Both the position numbers and the translations under genes were made by a program. From contig NW_024704742.1 of assembly GCF_018977255.1 (NCBI RefSeq), positions 35,838,001 through 35,902,000 of the forward strand: a stretch of DNA of 64,000 nt, in the 5' to 3' direction. Positions within the stretch are counted from its first letter, which is position 1; every line of letters starts with the position of its first letter. The stretch is from Callorhinchus milii (taxonomy: Eukaryota). The notes under the pieces were generated by a model. The model ran no database searches, had not been told where the DNA came from, and worked only from the letters and a program-made list of their open reading frames with translations. This document shows, one piece after another, positions 12,084 to 24,841 of the stretch.

Positions 12084-12711
12084 CTTTTACCATCGAGTGT
12101 TGGTATCGTGCTCTTCCTGCACATGTATGGCAGTCAATTTTAACCGATCGAAGATGCTACTCGCATGAAGAATGGTATACAAATGCAACTTGTTATAGTA
12201 GGGGTCAACAGTTCTTTTCACTGTGTCCCAATACACTTTAACTGTTTCAACGCCACAAACACATATCTGCTGTCATGTGTTATATCCTGTCTGACAGAAC
12301 TTATGCTATGTTTACGACATTTTTACAAGTCAAATGTTGACCAGTCCCACATATCAGACCAAGCTTTACATTGTGATCTTTTGATTGACTAACAGAACAA
12401 TTTGGCTGTCATTAAAAACCCTTTTTTAAAGTTGCTTCTATTTTCAAAAAGACACTGAAAGAAAGGAAGAAAAGCAAAATATGCAAAAGTTTCAAAAGTT
12501 GTAAACATTTTGACAGATGGAATTTGTCTGCTAGATTAATCTTTAGCCTCTGGAAACTTGAGTCTCTTCAGGCTGACTGGTAATTTTGACATTCAGCAAG
12601 AAAGGATCAATAGGGTGAATAGAATTACAGCATATTTTTGGATAAATGTGTTTAATGTAAGCAGTAATAATGCCATTTGACATGTTTATTACTGTAATAC
12701 CATATGTTTGT

Positions 12712-12940
12712 TTAATAATCCTTGCATTTGATATAGCGCTTTTCACGTCGGGAGGACGTCCCAAAGCGCTTCACAGAACACACTGTAAAGTGAATTGACT
12801 GTATATTTGTGGGCGAACTCGGCAGCCAATTGCGCACAGCAATGTCCCACAAACAGTCGTAGATTGAAAATGACCAATTTATTATTGTTTTTTGTTTTTG
12901 GAGGGATTATTATTAGGTGTTTGGAGTAAGGAAACTTGCC
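12712..12940 (-). mobile_element. Deu SINE, short subfamily (CTCCC loop), 5'-truncated
   Basis: Near-identical to 1058-1343. Confidence 0.95.
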
Positions 12941-13124
12941 CACAGTGTATGAGCTGAAAACTAACATAAAGCATAGAGGCACAATGTTTTGGGCATCTGA
13001 TAACAGTTGAAGGATTAAGGCTAAATGTGAATATTCCCAATTCCATTGCGAATATTCCCAATTCCTACACCAATAATTGTTATGACACTTTAAGGCTGAT
13101 TTGTGCTAAATTAGGTTTTGCACT

Positions 13125-13440
13125 CTTGCAGATGCCTACTGATGGTTAGGTTACTGCTGCTAACTTATTTTATGTAGGCCATACAGTGAAGTGGTTGTTT
13201 GACCATACATACTGCTTCTTCACCATCCACATGTGGTGTATCAATAGCTGAAGAAAAGAGTAGATTTTCAATTCATCTCTTAAGTAGTCTGGCACGTGCC
13301 TACTGATGTTCAGGTTTTTATTGCTAGCTTATTTTATATAGTCCGTACTATTATATGGTTGTTTGACCATATATCAATAGCTGAAGGAGACAATAGATTT
13401 TTATCTAATTTCTTAACTGGTTGCATACCTTCTAAAGATT
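13125..13440. repeat. Degenerate tandem duplication, period 164 bp
   Basis: TGCCTACTGATG at 13133/13297; GGTTGTTTGACCATA at 13193/13357; TATCAATAGCTGAAG in both copies. Confidence 0.85.
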
Positions 13441-15614
13441 AATTCATAGCACCATCCAAATTCCCGACATGATGGTTAATATAAAATTGTAATCTAAGAA
13501 ATCTAACAGCAAGCTTCAAATTATGAGATAGTTTGGAGACATATCTACCAGTAATTTTAATAAAAGCCGATCAATGTTTACGATCTACAGTTTTTACCAC
13601 TAGTAAATCACAAAAAGCAATCCAATTTGTACTCTATTTCTCTTTTTAGTGTGGCTTTCAGTGGCCCTGTATCTGTGCGTGTGTTGCATCTTTCTCTATG
13701 GAGCCATAACAAGGTAATATTGCGTCTGTACTGGTTGCATTTCACAAAATGCTGGATTGGCAACACAATTGGGGAATATCAAATGTTGTATGTTTTATGC
13801 TGTCGAAAATCCTTTTAAGCACAAGCCACATGTGGATTGTGACTGGACCATGGTCTATCAATGTACTTTACACAAGCTAAGGATAAAAGACCTGATGGTT
13901 ATTTACGAATAACATCATGTCCTTTTAATTTAGCTAACAAATGAACATTACCAAATACTTTTAAATTAGCCTTGACTCTTATTTTTCTTCAATATTCATG
14001 TGTTATTTTAGTTAATGCCGAAACATTCTGACAATAATTTGTATGGTTTGGATAATATCAAATTCAAGGATTATAGCTTGCGTGCAAAGTTCTCAAATTA
14101 AAAATGCAGAACCTTTGGACAGCAGGATCAGTAACCGACAAAAGTCAATGGCCCGCAGTGAGAACTGATGGTCTGCCAACGTAATAATTACTGTACCTTA
14201 AGCACATAAAAGCATATGTTTGAGATACTTTGTTCAAAAGAATAAAAGAACGATCTGCAGAAGAGGTTTCCTGAGTGTAGTTACAAAATTCAGTTGTTGT
14301 TTGAATGTGTTCACAGCTGTACTATAGCAGTGTTACTTCCATCAACCCCTGTTGCTAAATGAACCCTCTGCAGCATTGAGATGTGGAGCAAGAGGCTATG
14401 TCTACTGCTTTACATTGCTTTCAATTTAAGGCCAACCACAAAAAAGGATGCACACCCAACTTTGCTTTTTGCACCTGCATCTAGTTATTTCTGAGGCCCC
14501 CATAATGCTTTACACATAAGTGTTCAAATTTCAGGACACTAAATTGCTAAAGCTTCCATTTTCAACCACAGCAATGGGACATGTCTCCATTGGCAAGAAA
14601 AACCTCATGTTGTAAGTTATGTTTTGAATTCCTGTGACAAATGAAATTTGCTTCGCTGAGCACTACCTGGCACTCTTAGAACACACAGGTATATCTTTGT
14701 ATTTCTGCAAACATCAGGAGTCACAATGACTAGAAACCTAAACATAAAGCAACCTTTGTGATGCTGCACCTGTTGACACACCCTCTGAGATGCATCTGTA
14801 TAGGAACAGCCAGAAAAACAGATCCGAGTGCGTGTCAACAAAGAGGGCAAGAAAAACCAAAATGAGGCACGGGGCTGAAATTCCATCAATTCTAACCATG
14901 TAAGGCTATTCGTCTTAAAATTTAGGTTTGCTCAGAAGTGTGGAAAATTCTTAAATATAGTCTCAGTTTGAATGCCAATTTCTTTTCCACAATTGCTTAC
15001 AATCTGTGATAAGCTAGATAGAATTTTGGTCCTAGTTTGATAATGTAATATAGCGTAGGAGGTTTAGAATGAGTAGAGTGCTTCCATTCCCATGTTCTTG
15101 TAGATTATATAATTGCCAACTATATCTTATTGCTTTCCCTATATCTTTTTGAGTCTGCACACAAGTAACAACACACCAAAAAAAGTCAAGATACAATGAA
15201 CCTCATTCATACATTATGCAATGAAATATGTGATTTTTTTCATAACATTCAGTTTCATATTAAAGTATCGTGTTGAATAAATATCACAGTGGAACTCAGT
15301 GTTGCAATTTGTGACTGAAGCAGAAAACATCAACGTAATCTAGAGGAAGCTTGATGCATCCATGAGTAGAAAGGAAAAGGAATATACAAGAGGTGATTCG
15401 GAGGGGTGGATGCTCAAGTAGTGTATAAATTGCCTGTTTCTCTGCCGTAATGCTATGCATACTTACCCCTACATGTGGTCATTGATTGTAATCAAGGTTT
15501 TTTTTACAAAACTGAGATATTGTTACTTGTAATAATATTTCATTTTGGGCTTTTATCACGTCTAAACATCTCAATAACCTTCATTCAATGAGTTGCTTGT
15601 ATACAATATTGATA

Positions 15615-15997
15615 CATTGGTCACTCAATCCACAAATGTTTGTGGGACACTGCTGTACACAATTGTCTACCAAGTTTCGCCCACCAAATGCATCATTAAC
15701 ACCTCTTTAACCCATTATCCCCTGTCCTCTACCCCATTTTCTCCTTTGTCTTCCTTGCCCTACCTCCTCCCTCTCTGTTAGCCCTTAAAAGTCTCTCCCT
15801 CCCAAAATGCCCCAGTTCCGACGAAAGGTCGTGGACCCGAAACTTTGACTCACTTTCCTTTCTCCATAGTTGCTGCCTGACCCAGGGAGTGTTCCCAGGG
15901 ACTTCTGTTTTTGTTACAGTATATTCTGTGACATGCTTTGAGATGTCTCAAAGACATGTTAAGGTGCTATATCAGATGCAAGGATTATTATTATTAA
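15615..15997 (+). mobile_element. Deu SINE (long-type) split by an insertion at about 15695-15915
   Basis: TTGGTCACTCAATCCAC...TTTCGCCCAC, resuming at TTACAGTATATTCTGTGA...ATGCAAGGATTATT. Confidence 0.9.
15697..15915 (+). mobile_element. Penelope-like element terminal-repeat fragment with a decayed minimal hammerhead ribozyme
   Basis: Pyrimidine-rich lead, then CCGACGA-AAGGTCgtgGACCC-GAAAC (15818-15843), then TCTCCATAGTTGCTGCCTGACC...TTCTGTTTTTG, which I recall as typical of chondrichthyan PLE ends. Confidence 0.65.
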
Positions 15998-16249
15998 TTA
16001 AAATATTAATTATATTAAGTATCAATGCCTGTTCAAGCAGCAACGAGTTGAATTTAGATGATGGACAATTACTGGCCAGAAGGCAAAACAACCTGCTCTT
16101 CTTCAAAATTGTCCACTACAATCTTTAACCTCCACCCGATCCATCATGTAGTACTCAATTTATAAAATCCTTAAAACACTAAGCCAAAGCAGATTTGTTC
16201 ATCTTAGACGGTAAACAAAGCACAATTGGAAACACAAATACTCCATAGA

Positions 16250-16990
16250 TGGATAGAAATTGCCAGGGAGGAAGCTGAAATGGAGCCAGGGGTGTTAGTG
16301 TTAGTTGACTCTGTACTCACAATGTCAAAACAGTGTGAGGCAGCAATAAACAAGGCAAATAGGATTCTGGGCTATATTGCCAAATGTATGCAGTTCAGAT
16401 GAGCAGAAGTCAGTCAAGCTTTGTAGTGCCCTCATCAGGACATACCAAGAGTACTGCATATAGTTCTGGTCACTGCAACATAAGGGGGCTCAGGCCCCTG
16501 AGGCAGAGCAGTGGAGAACATACCTCAGTATTAGAGGTTTGATCTATGAGCGATTATTGGACAAGCGGGAGAATGGGGGTTGGGGGGTGGGGGGGGTTCT
16601 TCCGTCATTGAAGTAGATGTCTCAGAGGGTATATTATAGAGGTATATAAAAATTAAATGGGATTGAGAAAGTAAATATTGCAGGTGGAGTGAGATATTTG
16701 CATATTCCGTGAAGCGCTTTGAGACATCTCAACAACGTGATAAGGCGCTGTATCAAATGCAAGGATTATTATTATTACTCTATACACAGGTATAGAGCTG
16801 CAAAGGGCAATTTTAAAACAGTAAGTGCTTCTTTACTCAGAGGGTAATTAATGACTGGAACAGGTAACCAGAAACCTTTTTTTTTAAAAAAAGCTTGATG
16901 CTCAGATGAGAAGATGGATAGGATGGGTATTCTGGAAGGATGAGATTAAATGGGCCAAAGGACCGTCTCCATTAGAATTGATCTTGTGAA
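16250..16990 (+). mobile_element. CR1 LINE ORF2/3' fragment, with a SINE tail inserted at 16700-16777
   Basis: Translates to DSVLTMSKQCEAAINKANRILGYIA and EYCI*FWS (CR1 KANRILG and EYCVQFWSP motifs). Confidence 0.9.
16700..16777 (+). mobile_element. Deu SINE 3' tail (TCAAC loop) nested in CR1
   Basis: GTGAAGCGCTTTGAGACATCTCAACAACGTGATAAGGCGC...(ATT)n. Confidence 0.9.
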
Positions 16991-18039
16991 CAGATTGTGT
17001 AGTAATCGTGCTAATCGTAGCATGTAGTTACGAAAAATGTATTTGTTGCCTCTTAAATGTTTTAAATTTTATATTGATCAGTTTTGAAATATGAAAAAGT
17101 ACGAATTTGATTAATTTAATATGATCACATATGCTGCTGTATATGCATTTGGATTATTAAACTTTAAAACTATATTAAAAATATATAAATGATTCTGTAA
17201 ACAATGAGGATGTATTGCAATAACAATTATCAGGCATATCATTTGAAGATTAACATGATAGTAAATGAAGAATTTTAACATATACAAAATAATAATCAAT
17301 AAAAAAAACTTCCTGAATATAGTTTTGAAGTTATATTATGTGTGTTGTCCTATGTGCTGTGTAAAAGTTGTCTGGTATCAGATAGAATTTAGAAATCACT
17401 GGAACATGATTCTAACAGCAAACATCTGACTTTTCCAAGTACCTACCTCTCAGTCAGAAAAGTCTGGACCGATCACTTTGATCACTGGTGTGGTAATACT
17501 TTGGCATCTTCCCCTTCATTAAGGTCACTGAAGTCAAATAGTCTTTAATAAATCTCTCAGCTCAGAGTTTTCTTCGAATTCTTCCTTAGGGGACATCAAC
17601 ACATCAAACTAATTTTCGCTAACAGACAATTCCAAACTAAGTAGACATTGCTTAATGCTGCACTGCCTTTAATTTCCATTGCCTATCCAGTATTTCTTTT
17701 TGATTGGCTGTCAAAAGCTTTTGAGCAAGGCTTCATGTATGTATTTCAATATGCTGTATAGACAAGACGCTCAGCTTTCTTTGTTTTGAGAACATTGTGT
17801 TCAGTTTGTTATTTAAGTTGTCCATTCACAAAGTTCTCAAAAATTCTTAAAACTTATCAGAATCCATATTATGATTTACAACTAACAACAGATAGTAGGA
17901 TAGAACAATAAGATTCATGGTTATAAAACCCACTAATCCCACAGAATAACACCGCACACCAGCAGATCACAAATTATGGAAGGTCATTCCTGCTACCTGC
18001 ACATCTTCCCCTAGGAATATGATTATGTTTCTTAGGATG

Positions 18040-18300
18040 CACCGAGACAGTAGAATGAGGAAATAGGTTTAGAATTGTAAAGGTCAATTTCAAGACAGAT
18101 ACCAGAAAGTTTTTCTTTACCAAGAGGGTAATCAATGACTGGAACTGGTTGATAGGAAAGGTGGTTGAGGCCAGGACACTGGACTTGTTTAAAAAGTAGC
18201 TTGAAGCAGTGATGGGGAATATTAACATGGGTGTTCTGGAAGAATGAGATCAGCTGGACCAAAGGGCCTTCTTCATCCAAACTAGTTTTGTGATCATGAT
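18040..18300 (+). mobile_element. CR1 LINE 3' end
   Basis: Translates to FFFTKRVINDWNWL...VVEARTLDLFKK*LEA, the CR1 ORF2 C-terminus, followed by the 3' UTR. Confidence 0.9.
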
Positions 18301-18317
18301 TCAATAACAACTTTCAA

Positions 18318-18608
18318 AATAATAATAATAATCCTTGCATTTGATATAACGCTTTCACGTCTTCTAGACGTCTCCAAGCGCTTCACAGAATAGATTGTAA
18401 AATGAATTGACTGTATATTTGTGGGCGAAATGCAGCAGCCAATTGCGCACAGCAGTGTCCCACAAACAGTCATGGATTTATTATTGTTTTTTTTTGAGAA
18501 ATTATTATCAGGCGTGTGGAGTAAGGAAACTTGCCCAAGGTTTCACCCTGCAGGGAATCAAACCCTGGTCTCTCGCTTGCAAAGTGAGTGCTCTAACCAC
18601 TGAGGTAC
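18318..18608 (-). mobile_element. Deu SINE, short subfamily with TAGAA loop
   Basis: tRNA head (reverse complement CTCAGTGGTTAGAGCACTCACTTTGCAAG), Deu core and tail; homologous to 55770-56084. Confidence 0.95.
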
Positions 18609-18609
18609 A

Positions 18610-18745
18610 GGCCAAAAGGGAATTGGATGGGTATTTAAAGTGAAACATTCGCGATGATATGGGGAAAGAGAGGGACTGATTGAGTAGCTCTTCCAAACAG
18701 CCAGCATTTCTGTGCTGAAATATTCCATGATTCTGTGACACTATG
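18610..18745 (+). mobile_element. CR1 LINE 3' end
   Basis: AAGGGAATTGGATGGGTATTT...GGACTGATTGAGTAGCTCTTCCAAA...TTCCATGATTCTGTGA. Confidence 0.7.
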
Positions 18746-18789
18746 AACCTGTAAATTCAGTAAATTTATTTACTATCATGTCAGTCACA

Positions 18790-19240
18790 CATGGTTTCCA
18801 CTATGGTTGACTCTTAATTCTCGGCCAAAAAGGTGTGGAGTCAAACTCCACAATAGAACTTCAGCCCATAATTTTAATTGAGACTCAAATACAGCACAAT
18901 TTTTTCAGGTGCCATCCTTCAGATGACACAAGGTATCATCCAACAGACATTAACAACAACAACTTACATTTATATAGCGCCCGTCGTGGGTTAGCATCTT
19001 GGAGCAATTAAATTGAAGATATCATGCACTAGTTCTATAAGAGGAAGAGAGTTTTCTTGGCTAATATTCTTTTAACCAAATTTACTAAAACATAATTTAG
19101 TTGGATTTTCATTTATCTCATTGCTCTTTGTGAGGCTTTGCTGGTGCAGATTAGATGCTATAAGTGTCTGCAATGCAAGAGTGGTGTGAAATGTTTTGAT
19201 GTGATAAGGCACTGTATCAAATGCAAGTATTATTGTTACC
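18790..19240 (+). mobile_element. Degenerate SacSINE1-like DeuSINE with an antisense L2 tail inserted at about 18950-19005
   Basis: AGGTGCCATCCTTCAGATGA, TGGCTAATATT, TTATCTCATTGCTCTTTGTG and tail; internal (CAA)n-TTACATTTATATAGCGCC. Confidence 0.7.
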
Positions 19241-21769
19241 ATGGGTCTTTAAGCAATTTGGGACTGGCCATTGACTTTGAGGGTCAGTTTTAGATTGACA
19301 AAGAGTTTCCTGTATTATGCACAAAAGAAATCCCCAGAGAAGTTAGTACAGTCCTTGAGTTAAGAAGTATTATCTCATGCAGAGTTTCAAAGGACACAAA
19401 GCACAACCACCCCCACTTTCATAAACCAAAGAGACGGTCTGTGTGTTACACTTTTAACACCTCAACACTTTGATGCAATCAGCACCTGTACATTTAAACT
19501 AACATATCACCGTTCAGATAACTTTGTGAGTTGGATCAAAGAAGGCAAAAATTCATACAACACAACATATTCGATTGAAAACAAAGATAAGTACTATAGT
19601 TTTTACTTTGTGCTTGACAGGACAATGGCTGGCTTCTTTCAATTGCTTCACACATCACAGTTGGAACTTAATCCCATGAACACTCAAATCGGATCACTAT
19701 CAATACTTCCCTGTTTTGCTTCCCTGGTGCTAGACCACCTGGCAATGCTGGCAGCAGCATGAATGAGACTAATTGAGAGAGTTTAAGAAAAACATGTTAA
19801 GACTCAGTGTTGTTCAGTAAAAGAGCTGCTAATTATAGTGGGAAATTTAGCTATTGCTCTGATGTGACCACTATACCCCCCACTCCGTGTCCAGCATTTA
19901 TGTATGCACTTGTGTCATAACGTCTGTTAACTGAATTCAAATTTGCATTATAAAATATGGATGCATATCAGTTTGCCATAAGATTTTTAGATCAGTGTAG
20001 CACTGCCAAATCTGGATAAAATTGTGGATTTCAAAATATGAAACACTTTTCAAAATGTAAAGGTAGGATTTGATTTTTGCCAGTTTTACCTCACAACATT
20101 TTCTCATAAAACTAACAGGCATATCAGCTCAGTAAAATTCCCGTTGCTTATTTGCCAGTGATGTGACCCAACTCATAACATTGAATGTCAAGTCACACAG
20201 TTGGATATCAGTTGTAAAACACTGCTACCTTTTGCACATTCTCTAGCTGTTAACACACACAGCCAGTGGACGCTGATATGTTTAGCATTCAAGAACTGTC
20301 TTCCTTTAGTCCTTTTAAATTATTCAGTGCTTTGGAATTAGAGAAAAATATCTATTTGTGAGTATTTGGGGGCCAAATGTATCCCCAAATGCTGAGCATT
20401 TTTCTTCAGACTGGTAATTACTTGAGCTGTGTTTTCTTGTGCCAAGATTCTTTCGTTTGAAAGCCTTGTTATGCTGGCTGTTCTACCTTGTTTTATCCTT
20501 GTTTGATAAAAGTTAAGTGCGGGCCCTTCATCTAACAGAAAAACATCTTTTTAGCAGTCAGCTTGCTACTGTAGCACATGCCCTGCCAGGTCTGTGCTAG
20601 CAAAAAGCAATGATCCGAAGCATTGATTCCGCAGAATTGAATGTTTTTTTTCTTGAGTTTCTCGGCACCAAAGTAACCACTTTTTCTGATCTCATCATTT
20701 CACAATGCCAGAAGCGGATCATGAAAAACAGCAGAATGTTCCTGTAGGGAACACCTTTATCTTGCTTTCCTGATCCATATGTCAATTTAAGGTCAATTAA
20801 CTGTGTGATACAATATTAGTGGTCGAGATATCCTGTCAGCTTACATGTCAAACTAATTGGGCTGCTAACCGGTAAAGAAGAGAAAGTATGCAGTGTGCCA
20901 ATAGTTAGTCAAATATTTACACTTCAGGATCAGCACTTTAAAAGAGGAGCAAAGTGAAGCCCTCTGAAGATTTAATGTCCTCTGATTTAGAGACTTTATG
21001 AAATGTAATCACCTCTGCCAAGCAACATTTATCAGCTAAACACAGCCTGTCTTTCATTCCAAAGCGTTATTTCAGAGCTAATAGAATTTCCTTGTTGAAG
21101 ATTTTTTTTGTTGCAACTTTTGTTTCTGTAACTTTTAAAACGATCTAACTATAAAGTTTTTGTGGCAATATTGGGTGAGGAAATATAGTGCCTGCCCCAA
21201 ATTGAATTAATTTGTTTATAATACCAACGCAATGACTCATTTAAAATTACGTATGTGATCGTATTACAACATTGACTTCACAACCACTGTCATGATTTTA
21301 TTTTTGTCATACATCTAGAAACTGAACAAGGCTAATATCACATTTGAAATGTACCTAAATCACATCCTCTCAAATAAACATGGCTCATGCAAATTAAATT
21401 ATTTCTCAATATACAAAGGATATTATAATATACATGTGTTTTTTTACCTGCATTGTTTTCTTTACTAGAAATTAATAATTGTTGCTGGAACTTCTGGCAC
21501 TCAACCACGCAACAAGTGGCTGCACTGGAATGTGGACCTTTTTGTTTGCACCCAACAATAATACAACATATTTCTGTACTTCATTGTATTGTATATGTAC
21601 AGGACAATAGTAGTAACTTCCCCTGGCCAACGGGATCCGATTTGCAGTGATTTTTAACAGGANTTTTTTAAGACCGATTCTGAACAACAAATTCTGACAG
21701 TAACATGATTCTATGATGCTGAACCATGAGTATCCCACAAACTACTTATGTTGTGTGTGTTGGTCACAG

Positions 21770-22655
21770 ATCTAGTGGGGAGCGAGGCCATTGAGGGCTT
21801 TGAAGGTGAGGACCAGGATCTTGATCTGTATCCTCTGTGTGATGGGAAGATAGTGGAGTCGGGCGAGGATGGGGGTGATAGGGTCATGGAGCCTGGTTCG
21901 GGAGATGACATGGGCTGCGGAGTTCTGGATGATCTGCAGCCTATGGAGGCAGGTGTTGGGGAGGCCAACAAGCAGTGAGTTTGCATAGTCGAGCCTGGAT
22001 GTTATGAATGCGTGTATGAGGGTTTCGGTGGACTGTGGTGTGAAACAGTGGTGGAGCGGTTGATGTTGCGGAGGTGGGGAAAGGCAGAGCGGGTCATGGC
22101 AAGGATGTGGGATAGAAAGTGTTGTTGAGGATCAAGCAGGACGCCAAGGTTCTGGACTGGCTTAGTAAGGTGGAGTGTGCAACCGTGGATGGTGATGCTG
22201 TTAGTGTCTGAGGTGTGGAGACCCTGACGGGACCCGATCAGGAGAGCCTCGGTCTAGTTGACATTCAAATGAAGAAAGTTCGCTCTCATTCAGGACTTGA
22301 TGTCTGACACATTCTGTCAGGACAACAGTGGTCCTCGAGTCAAGGGTGGAGGCAGAGTGGTAGAATTGGGTGTCATCTGTATACATGTGGAAGTTGACCC
22401 CACGTCTGCGGATGATATCACCAAGAGAGAGCATATTGATATTGAAGAGGAGGCAGACCAAGGACAGAGCTCTGAGGATCGCCGCACGAGACAGTCCGGG
22501 GACTAGAGGAGAGGCCGTTTGTGGAGATGAAGTGGAGACGGTGTGAAAGGTATGATCTGAACCATTCAAGTGCAGAAGCATGAAAGTTGAGATGAGAGGT
22601 GAGGCGGTGGATGAGAATAGAGTGTTCAATGGTATCAAAGATAGCAAAGAGGTCC
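21770..22655 (-). mobile_element. L2 LINE ORF2 fragment (frameshifted RT domain)
   Basis: LGDIIRRRGVNFHMYTDDTQFY RT motif; colinear with 51241-52692. Confidence 0.95.
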
Positions 22656-23429
22656 TGATTGCTTATATTGGTGGATGATAATGTTCCTGTAACGTTATTT
22701 AGAAACAGAAGGGAGATTTTCCATTCTTCTGGCCAGATTTTGATTGTGTAAAGTGCTTTTTAAATGAACACAGACATGAATTTTAAAATATCAATGGTCA
22801 ATTCAACAGAATTACAGTGATAAAGTAATACAAATGTTTACTTTTGGAACTATTAGTCAACTGTGTGGGTGACTGACAACAGGCTGCTATTAGACTGGAA
22901 ATAATTACTCTTGTCATACTCCAATGGTTGAGTGACAGCTCAAAAGGTAAACAAATGCAAGAAGCTTTTAATTACTAAATTGGAGTAATTAAACAGAAGT
23001 CATGGCTGATACTTTGAAGTTTCAGCTATTTTGGCAATTGCTATAAAATCACATTTAGAAAATTATGGATTGTGTATTTTTAAGATCTTGAATAAACTGA
23101 AAAGGTATAATTATGTTTTGGATTGCTCTTGTAACTCATTCCAATAACAGATTAGTTGCCTCATTCATTCTTCATTTAAAATGTGTGAAAAAGGATGCTT
23201 TTTCTGTACCCTTTTTAGGCATGAATCAGTCCTTGTACAGTAGATATTTCATTTAAATGTTTCATGAAATGTAGAAAATCCTCCCGTTTATAAGTACTGT
23301 AAATACTGCCATATGGGCGATGAGTACAAATATTTTCAACTTGCAATAACAAACGTAACAGCTCAGTATGGCCAATTTAAACCACTGAACACAGGCTGAC
23401 ACACAGTTGAGTGGAGATGTATTTTATTT

Positions 23430-23542
23430 CGAAACATGCCCTCAAAATACACAGTCATTACACTTTGCAGTAAATCCTGTGAAGCGCTTTGGTTCATCCT
23501 CCTGATGTGAAGGGCACTATATCAAATGGAAAGATTATTATT
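23430..23542 (+). mobile_element. Deu SINE 3' tail (older)
   Basis: AATACACAGTCATTACACTTT...GTGAAGCGCTTTGG...TATATCAAATG...GATTATTA. Confidence 0.8.
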
Positions 23543-23818
23543 TCTGTAGGAGCAGAACAAAGCATTTTTGAACTAAGGGAAGCAAGAGATAATTTAGCAT
23601 GGATGAATTCTCCTAGAAAGAAAAGGAAAAAATTCATTTATTTTATTCCTTTGAACTTGAACTAATAGTTTTGTTATAGGCCCATGAAAACTTCCACATC
23701 CCTTAAAATCCTTGGCAAAATTTGGGATATTCCTATCTTCCTGAAGACTGGATACAAGAGGGGCTCATTCTCTAAAGGCCGGTAAATTTAGGGACCTTGA
23801 CAGGCAAGCATATCCTCG

Positions 23819-23926
23819 TCTCCGCTGGTCTGTAAAATTTATGGATTTTGGCGGTGTGAATTATAACGGGAAATCCCATTTTAAACTTACACCGCCAAGG
23901 TCCGTAAATTTACAAACCGGCAGAGA
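23819..23926. repeat. 108-bp palindrome (MITE-like hairpin)
   Basis: About 52-bp arms around a central GGG-AAAT-CCC; partial extra arm copy at 23778-23808. Confidence 0.85.
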
Positions 23927-24129
23927 ATAAAACATTTTCATTCACTAATGTCTGTACATTTATTGGACTGATAATTAGAGAATCACTCCCCAAAATCTAT
24001 ACTGAAGAATTAAAGTTTCACGAAGGGGCAACAATTTAACCATGAAGTTTGGTATAGAAGAAAGCGTACTTTTAAATCTAAGTGTAGAAAACTTAGATTC
24101 TTTTTGAGTTATGCCATTAAAATCAAAAC

Positions 24130-24450
24130 TATAGAAAGTGTATAACACAGAAGGATACCATTTGAACTATCATGTCTGTGTTGGTGCTTATTCCCGCTCT
24201 GCTCAAATCCCTAATCTGATTTGGCTCTTCTCTATGTCCTTTAATATTTTTTTCCTGAAGTTTTTTTTAATTCCCCTTTGATTGCTCTTATGAACTCTGC
24301 TTCCTCACAGATGTGATAAAATATTCCAACACCCTTTAAGTGAAGAAATGTTTTCCGACTTTTTGTCTTTTGATGATAACTGTCAATTTATACTTCCTTG
24401 ATAATGACATGCTATTCAGTGGAAATAATCTCTCTCTATTTACCCCTTTA
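24130..24450 (-). mobile_element. CR1 LINE 3' end (degenerate)
   Basis: ATAGAAAGTGTATAACACAGAAGG...CCATT...CTATCATGTCTGTG...GTGAAGAAATGTTTTCC; reverse CR1 3' end. Confidence 0.7.
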
Positions 24451-24589
24451 GAACATTTTGCTTGATTTGATTTAATAATTTATTTGTTCAGGGTGCTCTA
24501 CAGAACACCAAAATTCCCTTTTCATATTTAAAGAAAAAATTTGGCATCCCAACTCTTATCCTGTCTTACTTTGTAAAGCCACTATACAA

Positions 24590-24840
24590 AATAATAATAA
24601 TAATTATAATCCTTGCATTTCATATAGCGCCTTATTATGTCTTTGAGATGTCTCAAAGCACTTCACAGAATATACTGTAAAGTGATTTGACAATATTATT
24701 TTTTTTTGAAGGAATTATTACCCCCGGTAAAGCGATCTGCCAATCTACTAACAACCGAGTTCGTACTTACTGCTAGGTAAACTGAGGCGTGTGGAGTAAG
24801 GAAACTTGCTCAACGTTTTGCCTTGCCGGGAATCAAATCG
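24590..24840 (-). mobile_element. Deu SINE, long subfamily, internally deleted
   Basis: Homologous to 8097-8432 with the Deu core missing. Confidence 0.9.
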
Positions 24841-24841
24841 A

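Noticed and set aside
21663..21663. Single N base
   Set aside because: Assembly ambiguity with no biological meaning
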